A stretch of DNA of 64,000 bases, taken from positions 5,039 through 69,038 of the forward strand of contig JBAYNU010000002.1 in NCBI GenBank assembly GCA_041678665.1. Reading direction: 5' to 3'. The position numbers and the translations under genes are program-made. Shown here piece after piece: positions 38,704 to 47,948 of the stretch (the stretch's first letter is position 1; each line of letters begins with the position of its first letter). The stretch is from Candidatus Magasanikiibacteriota bacterium. Its GTDB lineage: Bacteria > Patescibacteriota > Patescibacteriia > Magasanikbacterales > GWA2-37-8. The notes under the pieces are model-generated. The model ran no database searches, was not told where the DNA came from, and was given only the letters and a program-made list of their open reading frames with translations.

Positions 38704-40704
38704 CTATTTTAAATATTTAGCTCCCCACCACTTTAAAAAATCTCGCGCAATCGGCATCGCGGCAGTACTACCTTCGGTTCCCTCCTCGACTAAAATAGAA
38801 ACAACGATACGTGGATTGTCATAAGGGGCAAAACTGGTAAACCAGGCGTGGGGAGCCTTGTTGTTCACCCACTGAGCGGTGCCGGTCTTGCCGGCGGTGG
38901 TAAAAGGCAAAGTTTTTAAAAGCTGACAGCTACCGGTCAATACACATTCACGCATACCTTGACGCACAACATCCATAGTTGATTGCGAAACTAAATTTTT
39001 CTTTTTAATGGGAAAATTCAATTTATTAATCTGCTTATTCACGGCATTCTGAAAATAATCTGCCAAATGCGGTACAATTATTTTACCGCCATTAGCGAAA
39101 GCCGATGTCCACATAGCCAACTGGATTGGGGTAACCAAAAGTTCGCCCTGACCGATTGACAAATTATAAGTATCTCCTACATACCACGCTTCGTTTTTGG
39201 TTTCTTCTTTCCAAGTGGGTGATGGCACAAAACCATCTTGTTCACCGGGTAAATCTACGCCGGTAATTTGTCCCAAGTTAAACAACAGCAAATATTTAAT
39301 TAACTTCTCCGCGCCCAATCCGACAAAATTACCATAGCCTCCACCAATATAATAAAAGAAAGAATTCACCGACCAAGCAATTGCTTTGGTTACATTAGTA
39401 ATACCGTGACCACCGATTTTCCAATCCCTGAATGTCCATTTACCTACTTGGATACTGCCTACACTATTAATTGCAGTATTTTTTGTAATTATTTTTTCTT
39501 CCAGCGCCGCTGCTGCAATCACCGGCTTAATAGTAGATCCGGACGGATAAGACCCACCAATAACGCGATTAAATAAGGGCTTATTAATATCGTTGAGATA
39601 TTTTTGATAATTTATTTTACTAATGCCTCCAGAAAAATCATTATTATCAAAAGTCGGCAAACTTACTAGCGCCAATACGGCCCCGGTCTCAGGATCTAAT
39701 GCCACTCCGGCCGCCCGTTTTAAGCCAAGTTCACCAAGTCTCTTGCTTATAATTGTCTCAAAAACAGCTTGAGCCTCGGCATCAATGGTCAAGTATAAGT
39801 TTTGACCAGGAATAGGCGGGTCTTCGGCTAACACATTTTGCGCTCGTCCCATTGCATCTACCTCTATTTTTTGACGACCATACTGCCCACGCAATGATTT
39901 TTCGTATTGTTTTTCTAGACCGGTTTTGCCAATGTCATCGGAAGAAAAATAACCATCAGACTGTAACAAGTGTAAATCATTAATATTGAGTTTGCCGACA
40001 TAACCAAGAAGATGCGAAAAACTTAATGCTGTTGAAGTCACGCCAAGTATACCTGAATTGATAAAACCGGTATTAATATAGTTTCTTTTGGTACCACTTT
40101 CAATAGCTACGCCTGGCAAATCGGTGTTCTGTAGGTAGAGTCGCAAAGCAGTGGTGTGATCTAAATTTTCTTTAACTACCAGCGACTCGTAACTGTAAGA
40201 CTGGTACTGCCTCAATAAATCTATAATTTGCTGATAAGACATTCCTACCATAGCGGCTACCTTTTGTAAAACCATCTCCCGCTTATCGGAATCGCTAGGT
40301 AAATCGCGTGGTACAATATTTAAAGAAAAACTAGGCACATTTTGTACTAACTGCCGAGCATGGTTATCGTAAATTATCCCTCGCTCCGCCGAAATCGGAC
40401 GCATTCTAATACGATTACCTTCCGCCAAAATACGGTAATCAGACCCCTTAATCACTTGCAAATAAAATATCCGTCCTAAAATTATACTAACACCAAAAAA
40501 AATAATCAACAAAAATAAATTTATTATTTTTTTACTGATGCTTACCCCTAAATGATTACGCTTAGAAGAAGGCGGCGAAATGCCAAAATTATCTAAATAT
40601 AAAGATTCCTCCACCCACTTTTTAGAGTAGCGGCCTGATAAATCCCCCATCTTCTTTTTATCATCGGTAATGTAAAAAAGTTTTTTGTCGGCCATAATGC
40701 TCAC
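38704..40704 (-). CDS. mrdA: penicillin-binding protein 2 (elongasome transpeptidase)
   Basis: SxxK (STIK), SxN and KTGT motifs; sits in an mreBCD-pbp2 cluster. Confidence 0.85.
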   Translation of the reverse strand: MSIMADKKLFYITDDKKKMGDLSGRYSKKWVEESLYLDNFGISPPSSKRNHLGVSISKKIINLFLLIIFFGVSIILGRIFYLQVIKGSDYRILAEGNRIRMRPISAERGIIYDNHARQLVQNVPSFSLNIVPRDLPSDSDKREMVLQKVAAMVGMSYQQIIDLLRQYQSYSYESLVVKENLDHTTALRLYLQNTDLPGVAIESGTKRNYINTGFINSGILGVTSTALSFSHLLGYVGKLNINDLHLLQSDGYFSSDDIGKTGLEKQYEKSLRGQYGRQKIEVDAMGRAQNVLAEDPPIPGQNLYLTIDAEAQAVFETIISKRLGELGLKRAAGVALDPETGAVLALVSLPTFDNNDFSGGISKINYQKYLNDINKPLFNRVIGGSYPSGSTIKPVIAAAALEEKIITKNTAINSVGSIQVGKWTFRDWKIGGHGITNVTKAIAWSVNSFFYYIGGGYGNFVGLGAEKLIKYLLLFNLGQITGVDLPGEQDGFVPSPTWKEETKNEAWYVGDTYNLSIGQGELLVTPIQLAMWTSAFANGGKIIVPHLADYFQNAVNKQINKLNFPIKKKNLVSQSTMDVVRQGMRECVLTGSCQLLKTLPFTTAGKTGTAQWVNNKAPHAWFTSFAPYDNPRIVVSILVEEGTEGSTAAMPIARDFLKWWGAKYLK

Positions 40705-41245
40705 CGGGTACTAAATTAATATATTCGGGACGAAACTTTTTTATTAATAATAATGTTATTAAATAACTAATCACTAAAACCGAAGCGGTCAAAACAGACT
40801 CATAAAATAAATTACTTAATAAATTTTGACTTGACCAAATAATACTTGCACTTGCATCACCAAAAATTAACAAACCAACAAAAAATAAAACCCGATACAA
40901 AACAACAGATATCAGACCGGATAAGAAAACAATCAAAGGAGAACGGTTGGTAAACACTGACGACAATACCCAACCGACAATTGCCAAGCTGATTACTAAT
41001 GCACTAATAATAATTCCGAAACTTTCGGCGCTAAAAATTTCTAAAAAAAATGCTACCGGGATCACCAAAAATAATATTTGTAAATCTAAACTAAACATTA
41101 AATACCATAACACCGCAACCACCGCTATGTTGATTGCGCTGAGAGGAAATGGCAAAAAATTAATAACAAAAATTTGAGTTAACACAATAACAGCTACAAA
41201 AAAAATGATTTTAATAAACTGCCATAATCTTTTTAAAAAAATCAT
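40661..41245 (-). CDS. mreD: rod shape-determining protein MreD (by position and topology)
   Basis: 194 aa polytopic membrane protein between mreC and pbp2. Confidence 0.55.
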   Translation of the reverse strand: MIFLKRLWQFIKIIFFVAVIVLTQIFVINFLPFPLSAINIAVVAVLWYLMFSLDLQILFLVIPVAFFLEIFSAESFGIIISALVISLAIVGWVLSSVFTNRSPLIVFLSGLISVVLYRVLFFVGLLIFGDASASIIWSSQNLLSNLFYESVLTASVLVISYLITLLLIKKFRPEYINLVPGEHYGRQKTFLHYR

Positions 41246-41249
41246 AATA

Positions 41250-42041
41250 TTACTTAGCTAAAACACTGACCACGTTTAAACGCGCCAAATCCAAAGCGGG
41301 AGTTAATACTGCTTGCTGAAAAGGTTTATATGCTTCGTTTTCCACCACTGCCACACTGCCAACCAAAAGCCCAAGTGGACACTCCGTTTCTAAGCCGCCA
41401 GTAACGACGGTATCCCCCACAACCACTACCTCATTACGAGGAATAAATTTGAGACGTAAAGATAGCCCATAACCACCCTCTACTATCCCCAGGCTATTTG
41501 ATTTATTTATTATCATGCCTGATATATTAAATTGGCCATCACTTATTAATCTCACCACGGCGATGTCGTTCTCAGTCTTAATAATCTTACCGACTAATAT
41601 ACCTTTACCGGCAATAACCGGCTGATTAACTTTTATCCCGTCATTAGTACCGCCTCTAATTATGATGGTTTTTTCCACCCCATCTAAACTACGCCCCAAA
41701 ACAGCGGTAGTTATCCAACGCTGGGGATTTCCAGCTTTAAAATCAACTTGCTCTTTTAATTGTTTGTTTTCATTTTCTAAATTTTTAACCTGTGCGCTCA
41801 ACAAGACTATCTGCTGTTGATTATTTTCGCACCATGCGGTAGTGGAAGCTGCTTCGCTATTTGAAAAATTAGAATTATTTAAATTAACTTTAAAATCATA
41901 TAAATTAGAAATTATCGGGACAATAAAAGATCTACCAGCATATTCTAAAGGACGCAAAATTCCTAAATAATGAAAACTTATTACTAAAAATAAGAAAAAA
42001 CCTAAATAATAGTAGGTTTTTCGATTACGAGTATATAACAT
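41250..42041 (-). CDS. mreC: rod shape-determining protein MreC
   Basis: N-terminal TM, coiled coil, beta-rich C-terminal domain; follows mreB. Confidence 0.75.
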   Translation of the reverse strand: MLYTRNRKTYYYLGFFLFLVISFHYLGILRPLEYAGRSFIVPIISNLYDFKVNLNNSNFSNSEAASTTAWCENNQQQIVLLSAQVKNLENENKQLKEQVDFKAGNPQRWITTAVLGRSLDGVEKTIIIRGGTNDGIKVNQPVIAGKGILVGKIIKTENDIAVVRLISDGQFNISGMIINKSNSLGIVEGGYGLSLRLKFIPRNEVVVVGDTVVTGGLETECPLGLLVGSVAVVENEAYKPFQQAVLTPALDLARLNVVSVLAK

Positions 42042-42050
42042 AAAACTAAC

Positions 42051-43085
42051 TTAACTAGATAAGACACCTACTTCATCAAGTAAATCTTGGTCATCTAATA
42101 ACGCTCCAGAACCGCGCACCACCGAAGTAAGCGGATCATCGGCAATACGCACTGGGATTTCGGTAGCTCGAGAAATTAACTGATCCATACCCCGCAGTAA
42201 AGCACCGCCACCTGACAACAATAGTCCGCGCTCGTGAATATCGGCCACCAATTCCGGCGGCGCCACTTCCAAGGTGGCTTTAATATTGTCAACAATCGTT
42301 CGTAGCGATTTGATAATTGCTTCACGCACCTGCGCGTCGTTAATCATTATTTCTTTAGGTAACCCGGTTAATAAATCTCGTCCTCGCATTGGATATTCCA
42401 TAGTTTCTGACATTTCAATCGCCGATCCAATGCGAATTTTTATTTCTTCTGCCTGCCGTTCACCTAAAAGCAAATTAAAACTATCACGTGCATACTGCAC
42501 AATATTACGACAAAGTTCATCCCCAGCAACCTTAATTGATTTCCAAGTAACTACCCCTCCTAAAGAAATAATGGCTATCTCGGTTGTGCCACCGCCAATT
42601 TCTACAATAAAGTTGCCCACCGGTTCCTTGACCGGCATGCGACTCCCGATCGCGGCGGCCATTGGTTCTTCTACCACCCACACTTCCCTAGCACCAGCGT
42701 TTTTTACTGCGTCAGCCACTGCTTTACGTTCTACCTCGGTAATTTCAAGCGGAACACCGATAACGGCACGCGGCCGAGATAAAAAATTAAAACTTTCTTC
42801 AAAAACCTTACCAATAAAATAACGAAGCATCTTTTCAGTTACTTCAAAATCAGAAATAATTCCGCTAGTTAAAGGACGAGTGGTAGCAATATGGGGCGGG
42901 GTTTTGCCTAACATATCTTTGGCTTCGTTGCCCACTGCCAAAATTTGTTCAGTGCGCATATTTACCGCCACCACACTAGGTTCATTTATCACAATCCCTC
43001 TACCCTTTACATAAAAAAGAGTATTGGCTGTTCCCAAATCTATAGCTATTTCTTTTCTAAATCTACTGCCAAATTTTTTTAACAT
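42051..43085 (-). CDS. mreB: rod shape-determining protein MreB
   Basis: actin-fold ATPase, full-length MreB similarity. Confidence 0.95.
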   Translation of the reverse strand: MLKKFGSRFRKEIAIDLGTANTLFYVKGRGIVINEPSVVAVNMRTEQILAVGNEAKDMLGKTPPHIATTRPLTSGIISDFEVTEKMLRYFIGKVFEESFNFLSRPRAVIGVPLEITEVERKAVADAVKNAGAREVWVVEEPMAAAIGSRMPVKEPVGNFIVEIGGGTTEIAIISLGGVVTWKSIKVAGDELCRNIVQYARDSFNLLLGERQAEEIKIRIGSAIEMSETMEYPMRGRDLLTGLPKEIMINDAQVREAIIKSLRTIVDNIKATLEVAPPELVADIHERGLLLSGGGALLRGMDQLISRATEIPVRIADDPLTSVVRGSGALLDDQDLLDEVGVLSS

Positions 43086-43091
43086 AATACC

Positions 43092-43544
43092 TTAATATTC
43101 TAAATTACTATAACGTCGATTGGTAAAAATAACCGCCTCTAAAATAACAAATAAAACTACTAAAATTATTCCGTTCCACCAAGTTAACAATTTTTCTTGT
43201 AATAAAAACAAGGCAAAAATAATCAAGGTGGTAAAAATAACACTTTGGCGAAAAGTCTTTTTTACATGACGAAAAATAACCTCATCATTTTTTACAATCG
43301 CTCGCCGCACCAAAAATACTATTACCGAAAATGTACCGACTAACGCCAAAAATAAACTCAAATAAAAGAAAGCCAAGCCTAATGTCCCGGCGCTATTGGG
43401 ATCTAAACTCAAAATTACAAATACCCAAGTTCCCCAGCAAATCAAAGTACCTAGCGACATCAAAATTAAATATTGACGGAGGGTCATATGACATTGTTTA
43501 GTAAACTGTATTTTATCCCAAAATACCTTATTTGGCAAGACCAT
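43092..43544 (-). CDS. hypothetical membrane protein
   Basis: 150 aa, 3-4 TM helices. Confidence 0.4.
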   Translation of the reverse strand: MVLPNKVFWDKIQFTKQCHMTLRQYLILMSLGTLICWGTWVFVILSLDPNSAGTLGLAFFYLSLFLALVGTFSVIVFLVRRAIVKNDEVIFRHVKKTFRQSVIFTTLIIFALFLLQEKLLTWWNGIILVVLFVILEAVIFTNRRYSNLEY

Positions 43545-43567
43545 TAAATCACTCTAAATACTTACCG

Positions 43568-46500
43568 CTAAGCCCTAAATTCGCAAATATCCCTAAAATC
43601 ACATCGTCCACAAATAAATTGACTGGGGGTGGCGGCAAAATCACGAGCGTGAATACGCTGGATAGTTTCAAGCATTTTTTCTTGCACTGCGACAATTTCT
43701 TTTTCAGAACCAAAAAATGATATCTGGGAATTTTGGTTGAGATAATAAAAAGTTAATTTACTAACAACACCAATATGATAATATTCTGGAAGCGTTTTTA
43801 CAGCCAACTGGTAAATTAATAGCTGATTTTTGTCGTCGCTCGATAATTTTTCTTTACCTTTGCCGGTTTTGTAATCCACGATATGCAATGAGCCATCGGG
43901 TAATTGATCAATACGATCAATGCGACCGCTTACCGTGAACCCGCCAATTTTTATACGAAATGACCCTTCAAGTGTAACCGGAACTGTCCAGCCATTTTTT
44001 TCATTTTCTTCATAAAATTTTTTGAGCACTTCTTTGCCTTCGGTATAATAAGTGTCACGCTGACCCTTGCTTTCGTACCAATCATCAATCCAGTGTTGAT
44101 CGTAAATTTCCAACAATTCTTTAATTTCGGGTATTTTTAGGTTACCGGATTTTTTTAAGATCGTAATCGAACTGAACAATGAATCTTGGGTGGCGCTATT
44201 TAAAACGCGCGCGCGTTCATAAAATGCCTGTAAGGTTCCATGCATGCTTTGGCCAAAACTGAAATTAGCATTACCTTTGGTGGGTATGCCGACAACATTG
44301 GCCAGCTTGTATTGATACGGACAGGTAGAATATGAATTAAGCTGTGAATAAGAAAATCGTTCGGGGAGATGATAAATTGAATCAGAACGAACTTGATCAT
44401 TGTCATTCTGAGCGGAGCGAAGCGAAGTCGAAGAATCCTTTAAACTTTGCAATCGAAGGGATTCCTCCGCTCGCCCTGCGGGCTCGGTCGGAATGACAAA
44501 TTCACTTACTCCTTTTTCCTTGCTCCTTAATCCTTTCGCCTCGTATCCGAGCTCGCTCAAAAACCGACTGTTTTTTTTCTGTCGACTGCCACCATAATCA
44601 TCAGCACTGGTTAGATATAACTTTTCCTTAGCGCGGGTCATCGCCACATAAAACAACCTTCGTTCTTCTTCGATATGCTCGTCGCCTTCCGGTAATTGCT
44701 CTTTGATTAATTCAAAAGGAATTTCAATCGCTTCGGATCTCGCGCGCGATGGAAAACGTTCTTCCACCAAATTTACTACAAACACGTATTTAAATTCCAA
44801 ACCCTTGGAGCCATGAATAGTTAAAATATTCACCGAGTCAGGGGTATCCACCATTTGATGTAATGATCCCTTGTCGCCTGAATCCACAATGTAATTAAAA
44901 TGTTCCAAAAATCCAGATACGGTCGCGCCGGCTTCGGCGGTTTCATAAGCCGAAATATATTCCAAAAATTGCTTAAGCTGGTGAATTTGTCGAATGGCGC
45001 CGCGATTACCTGCTTCTTCTTGTTTTATTAAATAACTAAAATATCCACTTTCTTCCAACCACTCCACCAAAAGCGTGGTTGGTTTGCTATTACCAACCTT
45101 GGTTTGTCCAGTTTTAATCCAAGAAGTAATTTTTTGAGCAAGTTCAAATCCAGCAACGGATAAATATAATTCCGAAGCGCGCCTAAGCGACTCGAAATAG
45201 GAAACAGATTTCTTTTTGGCAAAAGAAGTTATTTTTTGGATATCCTCGGCTGGAAATTGTAAAAACGACAAATTTAACAAACGGAATATCGCGGTTGATT
45301 CGTGGTGATTATCTAATAATTTAAGAAAGTTGATACAGTCCAAAACAATGGGCTGACGATAAAGCCCGGCTGAAGCGATAAATTCGTATGGTATCCCCTG
45401 TTTTTCCAAAGCATTAATAAACGGATCGGCATGCGCGTTGGCTCTCACCAAAATGGCAAAATCATCCCAGGTCGCGCTTTCGTTGATGGTTCTGAGCCGC
45501 GCGATTTCGTCAACCACGCTTTTTACTTCTTCATCCAGTGTGGTAGAGTGAATGTGACAGACGCTCGCCGTTCGCGCGTTGTCATTCTGAGGCGTAGTCG
45601 AAGAATCCCTTCTACTTCGAACGTTAAAGGATCCTTCGCTTCGCTCAGGATGACAATTTGCGGTGAGTCGCTTATTTATTTTGAGCTTCACCTCCAACCG
45701 ATCCGGATTATTATTCTGAATAGATTTATATGCCAAATCCAAAATTTCCTGGCAAGAACGATAATTTTCATTAAGAACAATTTCTTTGGCCTGCGAATAG
45801 TCTTCTTTAAACCGTAAAATATTATTCACGCTGGCACCGCGAAAAGCATAGATTGACTGGTCATCGTCGCCAACGACGGTAAGCTGGTTTTCTTCGCCTG
45901 CAATCATTTGTACCAACTGGTATTGCGCCCAGTTCACATCCTGAAATTCATCCACCAAAATATATTTATAACGCTCGCGTAATAATTTCAAAATATTCGG
46001 TCGTTCACGCAATAATTTTATGGTGTAAAAAATCAAATCGCCAAAATCAAGCGCGCTGTTATCAAGAAGTAATTGATTATACGCGTGATAGGCGTTGGCG
46101 ATTTCGGAAAGGCGTTTAAAATCGACGGCGGCATTACTGTCATTCCCGTGAAAACGGGAATCCGCGACTTCTGGGGCAGATCCCCGCTTTCGCCTGCCTG
46201 CCGGCAGGCATGGCGGGGATGACAATGTAGAATCGCTGTCCAACTTCATCCCTTCCGCATACTCCAAATATTCTTGCGGTGTAATAAGTTCATCTTTACA
46301 TTTAGAAAAATGTTTTAAGAGTTCGTGAATATGCTTGGCTGGGTTTCCCAAAGGTCGATAATAATCCAAATCAAATTTATCTAAATTGCGCCGCACCAAA
46401 AGCCAAGCGTCGGTTTCGGTAAGTAATTTAAATTGATTAGGTAGACCAATGTCCAATCCATGATTTTCCAAAATCCGCTGGCAAAAAGCATGGAAGGTGG

Positions 46501-46756
46501 AAATTTGCATATCCACATATCCGAGCTCAAGCATTTCATCCACGCGCGTTTGCATTTCTCCGGCTGCCTTTTCCGTAAAAGTCAACGCCAAAATTTGCTC
46601 GGGAGTAGCGAGTTTATTTTCTATTAAATGTGTAATTTTTTGCGTAATTACCGTGGTCTTACCGGTACCGGCGCCCGCCACAATCAAAAGCGGGCCGGAG
46701 GCATATTCCACGGCCTGTTTTTGCGCGGGGTTGAGAGGGTATTTTGGCATAATCAT
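43568..46756 (-). CDS. UvrD/PcrA-family SF1 DNA helicase fused to C-terminal Cas4/RecB-type PD-(D/E)xK nuclease domain with Cys4 cluster; carries three in-frame repeat-derived insertions
   Basis: GAGTGKT Walker A; C-terminal GRIDRID, VDYKTGK, QLLIYQLA nuclease motifs and STCPY...CGRCDFRDIC cysteines; 1062 aa. Confidence 0.85.
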   Translation of the reverse strand: MIMPKYPLNPAQKQAVEYASGPLLIVAGAGTGKTTVITQKITHLIENKLATPEQILALTFTEKAAGEMQTRVDEMLELGYVDMQISTFHAFCQRILENHGLDIGLPNQFKLLTETDAWLLVRRNLDKFDLDYYRPLGNPAKHIHELLKHFSKCKDELITPQEYLEYAEGMKLDSDSTLSSPPCLPAGRRKRGSAPEVADSRFHGNDSNAAVDFKRLSEIANAYHAYNQLLLDNSALDFGDLIFYTIKLLRERPNILKLLRERYKYILVDEFQDVNWAQYQLVQMIAGEENQLTVVGDDDQSIYAFRGASVNNILRFKEDYSQAKEIVLNENYRSCQEILDLAYKSIQNNNPDRLEVKLKINKRLTANCHPERSEGSFNVRSRRDSSTTPQNDNARTASVCHIHSTTLDEEVKSVVDEIARLRTINESATWDDFAILVRANAHADPFINALEKQGIPYEFIASAGLYRQPIVLDCINFLKLLDNHHESTAIFRLLNLSFLQFPAEDIQKITSFAKKKSVSYFESLRRASELYLSVAGFELAQKITSWIKTGQTKVGNSKPTTLLVEWLEESGYFSYLIKQEEAGNRGAIRQIHQLKQFLEYISAYETAEAGATVSGFLEHFNYIVDSGDKGSLHQMVDTPDSVNILTIHGSKGLEFKYVFVVNLVEERFPSRARSEAIEIPFELIKEQLPEGDEHIEEERRLFYVAMTRAKEKLYLTSADDYGGSRQKKNSRFLSELGYEAKGLRSKEKGVSEFVIPTEPAGRAEESLRLQSLKDSSTSLRSAQNDNDQVRSDSIYHLPERFSYSQLNSYSTCPYQYKLANVVGIPTKGNANFSFGQSMHGTLQAFYERARVLNSATQDSLFSSITILKKSGNLKIPEIKELLEIYDQHWIDDWYESKGQRDTYYTEGKEVLKKFYEENEKNGWTVPVTLEGSFRIKIGGFTVSGRIDRIDQLPDGSLHIVDYKTGKGKEKLSSDDKNQLLIYQLAVKTLPEYYHIGVVSKLTFYYLNQNSQISFFGSEKEIVAVQEKMLETIQRIHARDFAATPSQFICGRCDFRDICEFRA
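44400..44499. repeat. family A palindromic repeat copy, in-frame inside the helicase gene
   Basis: TTGTCATTCTGAGCG...GAAGAATCC...CGGAATGACAA. Confidence 0.7.
45579..45656. repeat. family A palindromic repeat copy, in-frame inside the helicase gene
   Basis: TTGTCATTCTGAGGCG...GAAGAATCC...GGATCCTTC...CGCTCAGGATGACAA. Confidence 0.75.
46138..46225. repeat. family A variant copy (TGTCATTCCCG...CGGGGATGACA, internal GCCTGCCGGCAGGC palindrome), in-frame inside the helicase gene
   Basis: terminal IRs; related fragments at 36410-36480, 31320-31345, 46763-46790. Confidence 0.65.
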
Positions 46757-46892
46757 TACCTATCATTCCGATGAAAATCGGGATCTTTTACTATCGTATT
46801 TTACCCTACTTTCCGCTCATTGACAAGAAAACATTTTTATGCTAAAACAATACTATGTTTTCTAATCCAAACATCCAAGCAAGGAGAGAAAA

Positions 46893-47183
46893 ATGAAACA
46901 CAACGAAAGAGTCATCAATGCCGTGGTAATAGGGGCATTGATACTGGTATTCCTCCTGTGGTGGGGGCTAGCCAATGACTACGCGTCTTTTAAAAAGATG
47001 TGCGCGTTGTCAGAAGAAGCAGCTTGTCGTGAGGCAGGTTATGCTCCGCCCATCGTATGGAGCATGAATGAGAAAGCGCTCTTTTGCCATGACGACAAAG
47101 GGCTAAAACACCAAATAAAGATTCCAGCCTGCAACTGCAAGTTGGACCCTGGAGCGAAAGAATGCCGCTTCTTGAAAAAGTAA
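46893..47183 (+). CDS. hypothetical small secreted or membrane-anchored Cys-containing protein
   Basis: 96 aa, N-terminal hydrophobic helix, 6 Cys; strong AAGGAG SD; elevated GC. Confidence 0.5.
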   Translation: MKHNERVINAVVIGALILVFLLWWGLANDYASFKKMCALSEEAACREAGYAPPIVWSMNEKALFCHDDKGLKHQIKIPACNCKLDPGAKECRFLKK

Positions 47184-47186
47184 AAC

Positions 47187-47227
47187 AGACCGTGCAATCA
47201 GGGAGGATTGCACGGTCTCTATTTTTA
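47187..47227 (+). terminator. intrinsic terminator (copy 1 of a duplicated 52-nt segment)
   Basis: AGACCGTGCAATC-agggag-GATTGCACGGTCT 13-bp perfect stem followed by TATTTTTAT. Confidence 0.8.
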
Positions 47228-47303
47228 TATGATGGATCCTTTGTTTTACAATTTCTGACAATCAATATATAATATACTAAGCTCAAAATCATAGGAGGAA
47301 ATC

Positions 47304-47636
47304 ATGAAAAAATATAAATGGGCAGTAGTATATTTATTTTTGGTCTTGCTCTTTTGGCAACTCGGCAATTTATTAAATGCCCACACCGAAAAGCTCAAAG
47401 CAGGTTTCATACTTTCGCAAGAAGCTTTATCGCTCTATTGCTATCATCGCTTCGGCGATGAAAGTGAAAAAGTAATGATAACAATAGGCGACACACAGCT
47501 GGAAAAAAAAGATTATACGATGTGTTTTGTCCCGCGAGAAGGGGCTCTCTACTTTATTGTGAGCCTAAATCAATGTACGAACACGCAGGACTATGACGAC
47601 TGCATGTTCCTCACCGGGGCGGCGGAAGAATTTTGA
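47304..47636 (+). CDS. hypothetical small secreted or membrane-anchored Cys-containing protein
   Basis: 110 aa, N-terminal hydrophobic helix, 4 Cys; AGGAGG SD. Confidence 0.5.
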   Translation: MKKYKWAVVYLFLVLLFWQLGNLLNAHTEKLKAGFILSQEALSLYCYHRFGDESEKVMITIGDTQLEKKDYTMCFVPREGALYFIVSLNQCTNTQDYDDCMFLTGAAEEF

Positions 47637-47650
47637 GCATAGCTTCAAAC

Positions 47651-47692
47651 AGACCGTGCAATCAGGGAGGATTGCACGGTCTCTATTTTTTA
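47651..47692 (+). terminator. intrinsic terminator (copy 2, identical to 47187..47227)
   Basis: same 13-bp stem followed by T-run. Confidence 0.8.
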
Positions 47693-47713
47693 TATGATGG
47701 GTCATCTTCTCAA

Positions 47714-47796
47714 TTGTCATTCTGAGGAAGTGAAACGACCGAAGAATCCCTTAAATCACAAAGTCAAAGAGATCCTTCGCTTCGCTCAGGATGACA
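47714..47796. repeat. family A palindromic repeat copy (intergenic)
   Basis: TTGTCATTCTGAGG...GAAGAATCC...GATCCTTCGCTTCGCTCAGGATGACAG. Confidence 0.7.
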
Positions 47797-47948
47797 GACG
47801 GAGATGTCTCATATTATTTCGAAGTGGCATTTGTCATTCACTCCTAAAAGCTATCAGCTACAAGCTGTAAGCTACTGGATAAGGGCTTCGCCACATATAA
47901 ACATCGCTCGCTCAAAAATAAAAATAAATTTTTATTTTACTCACTCGC

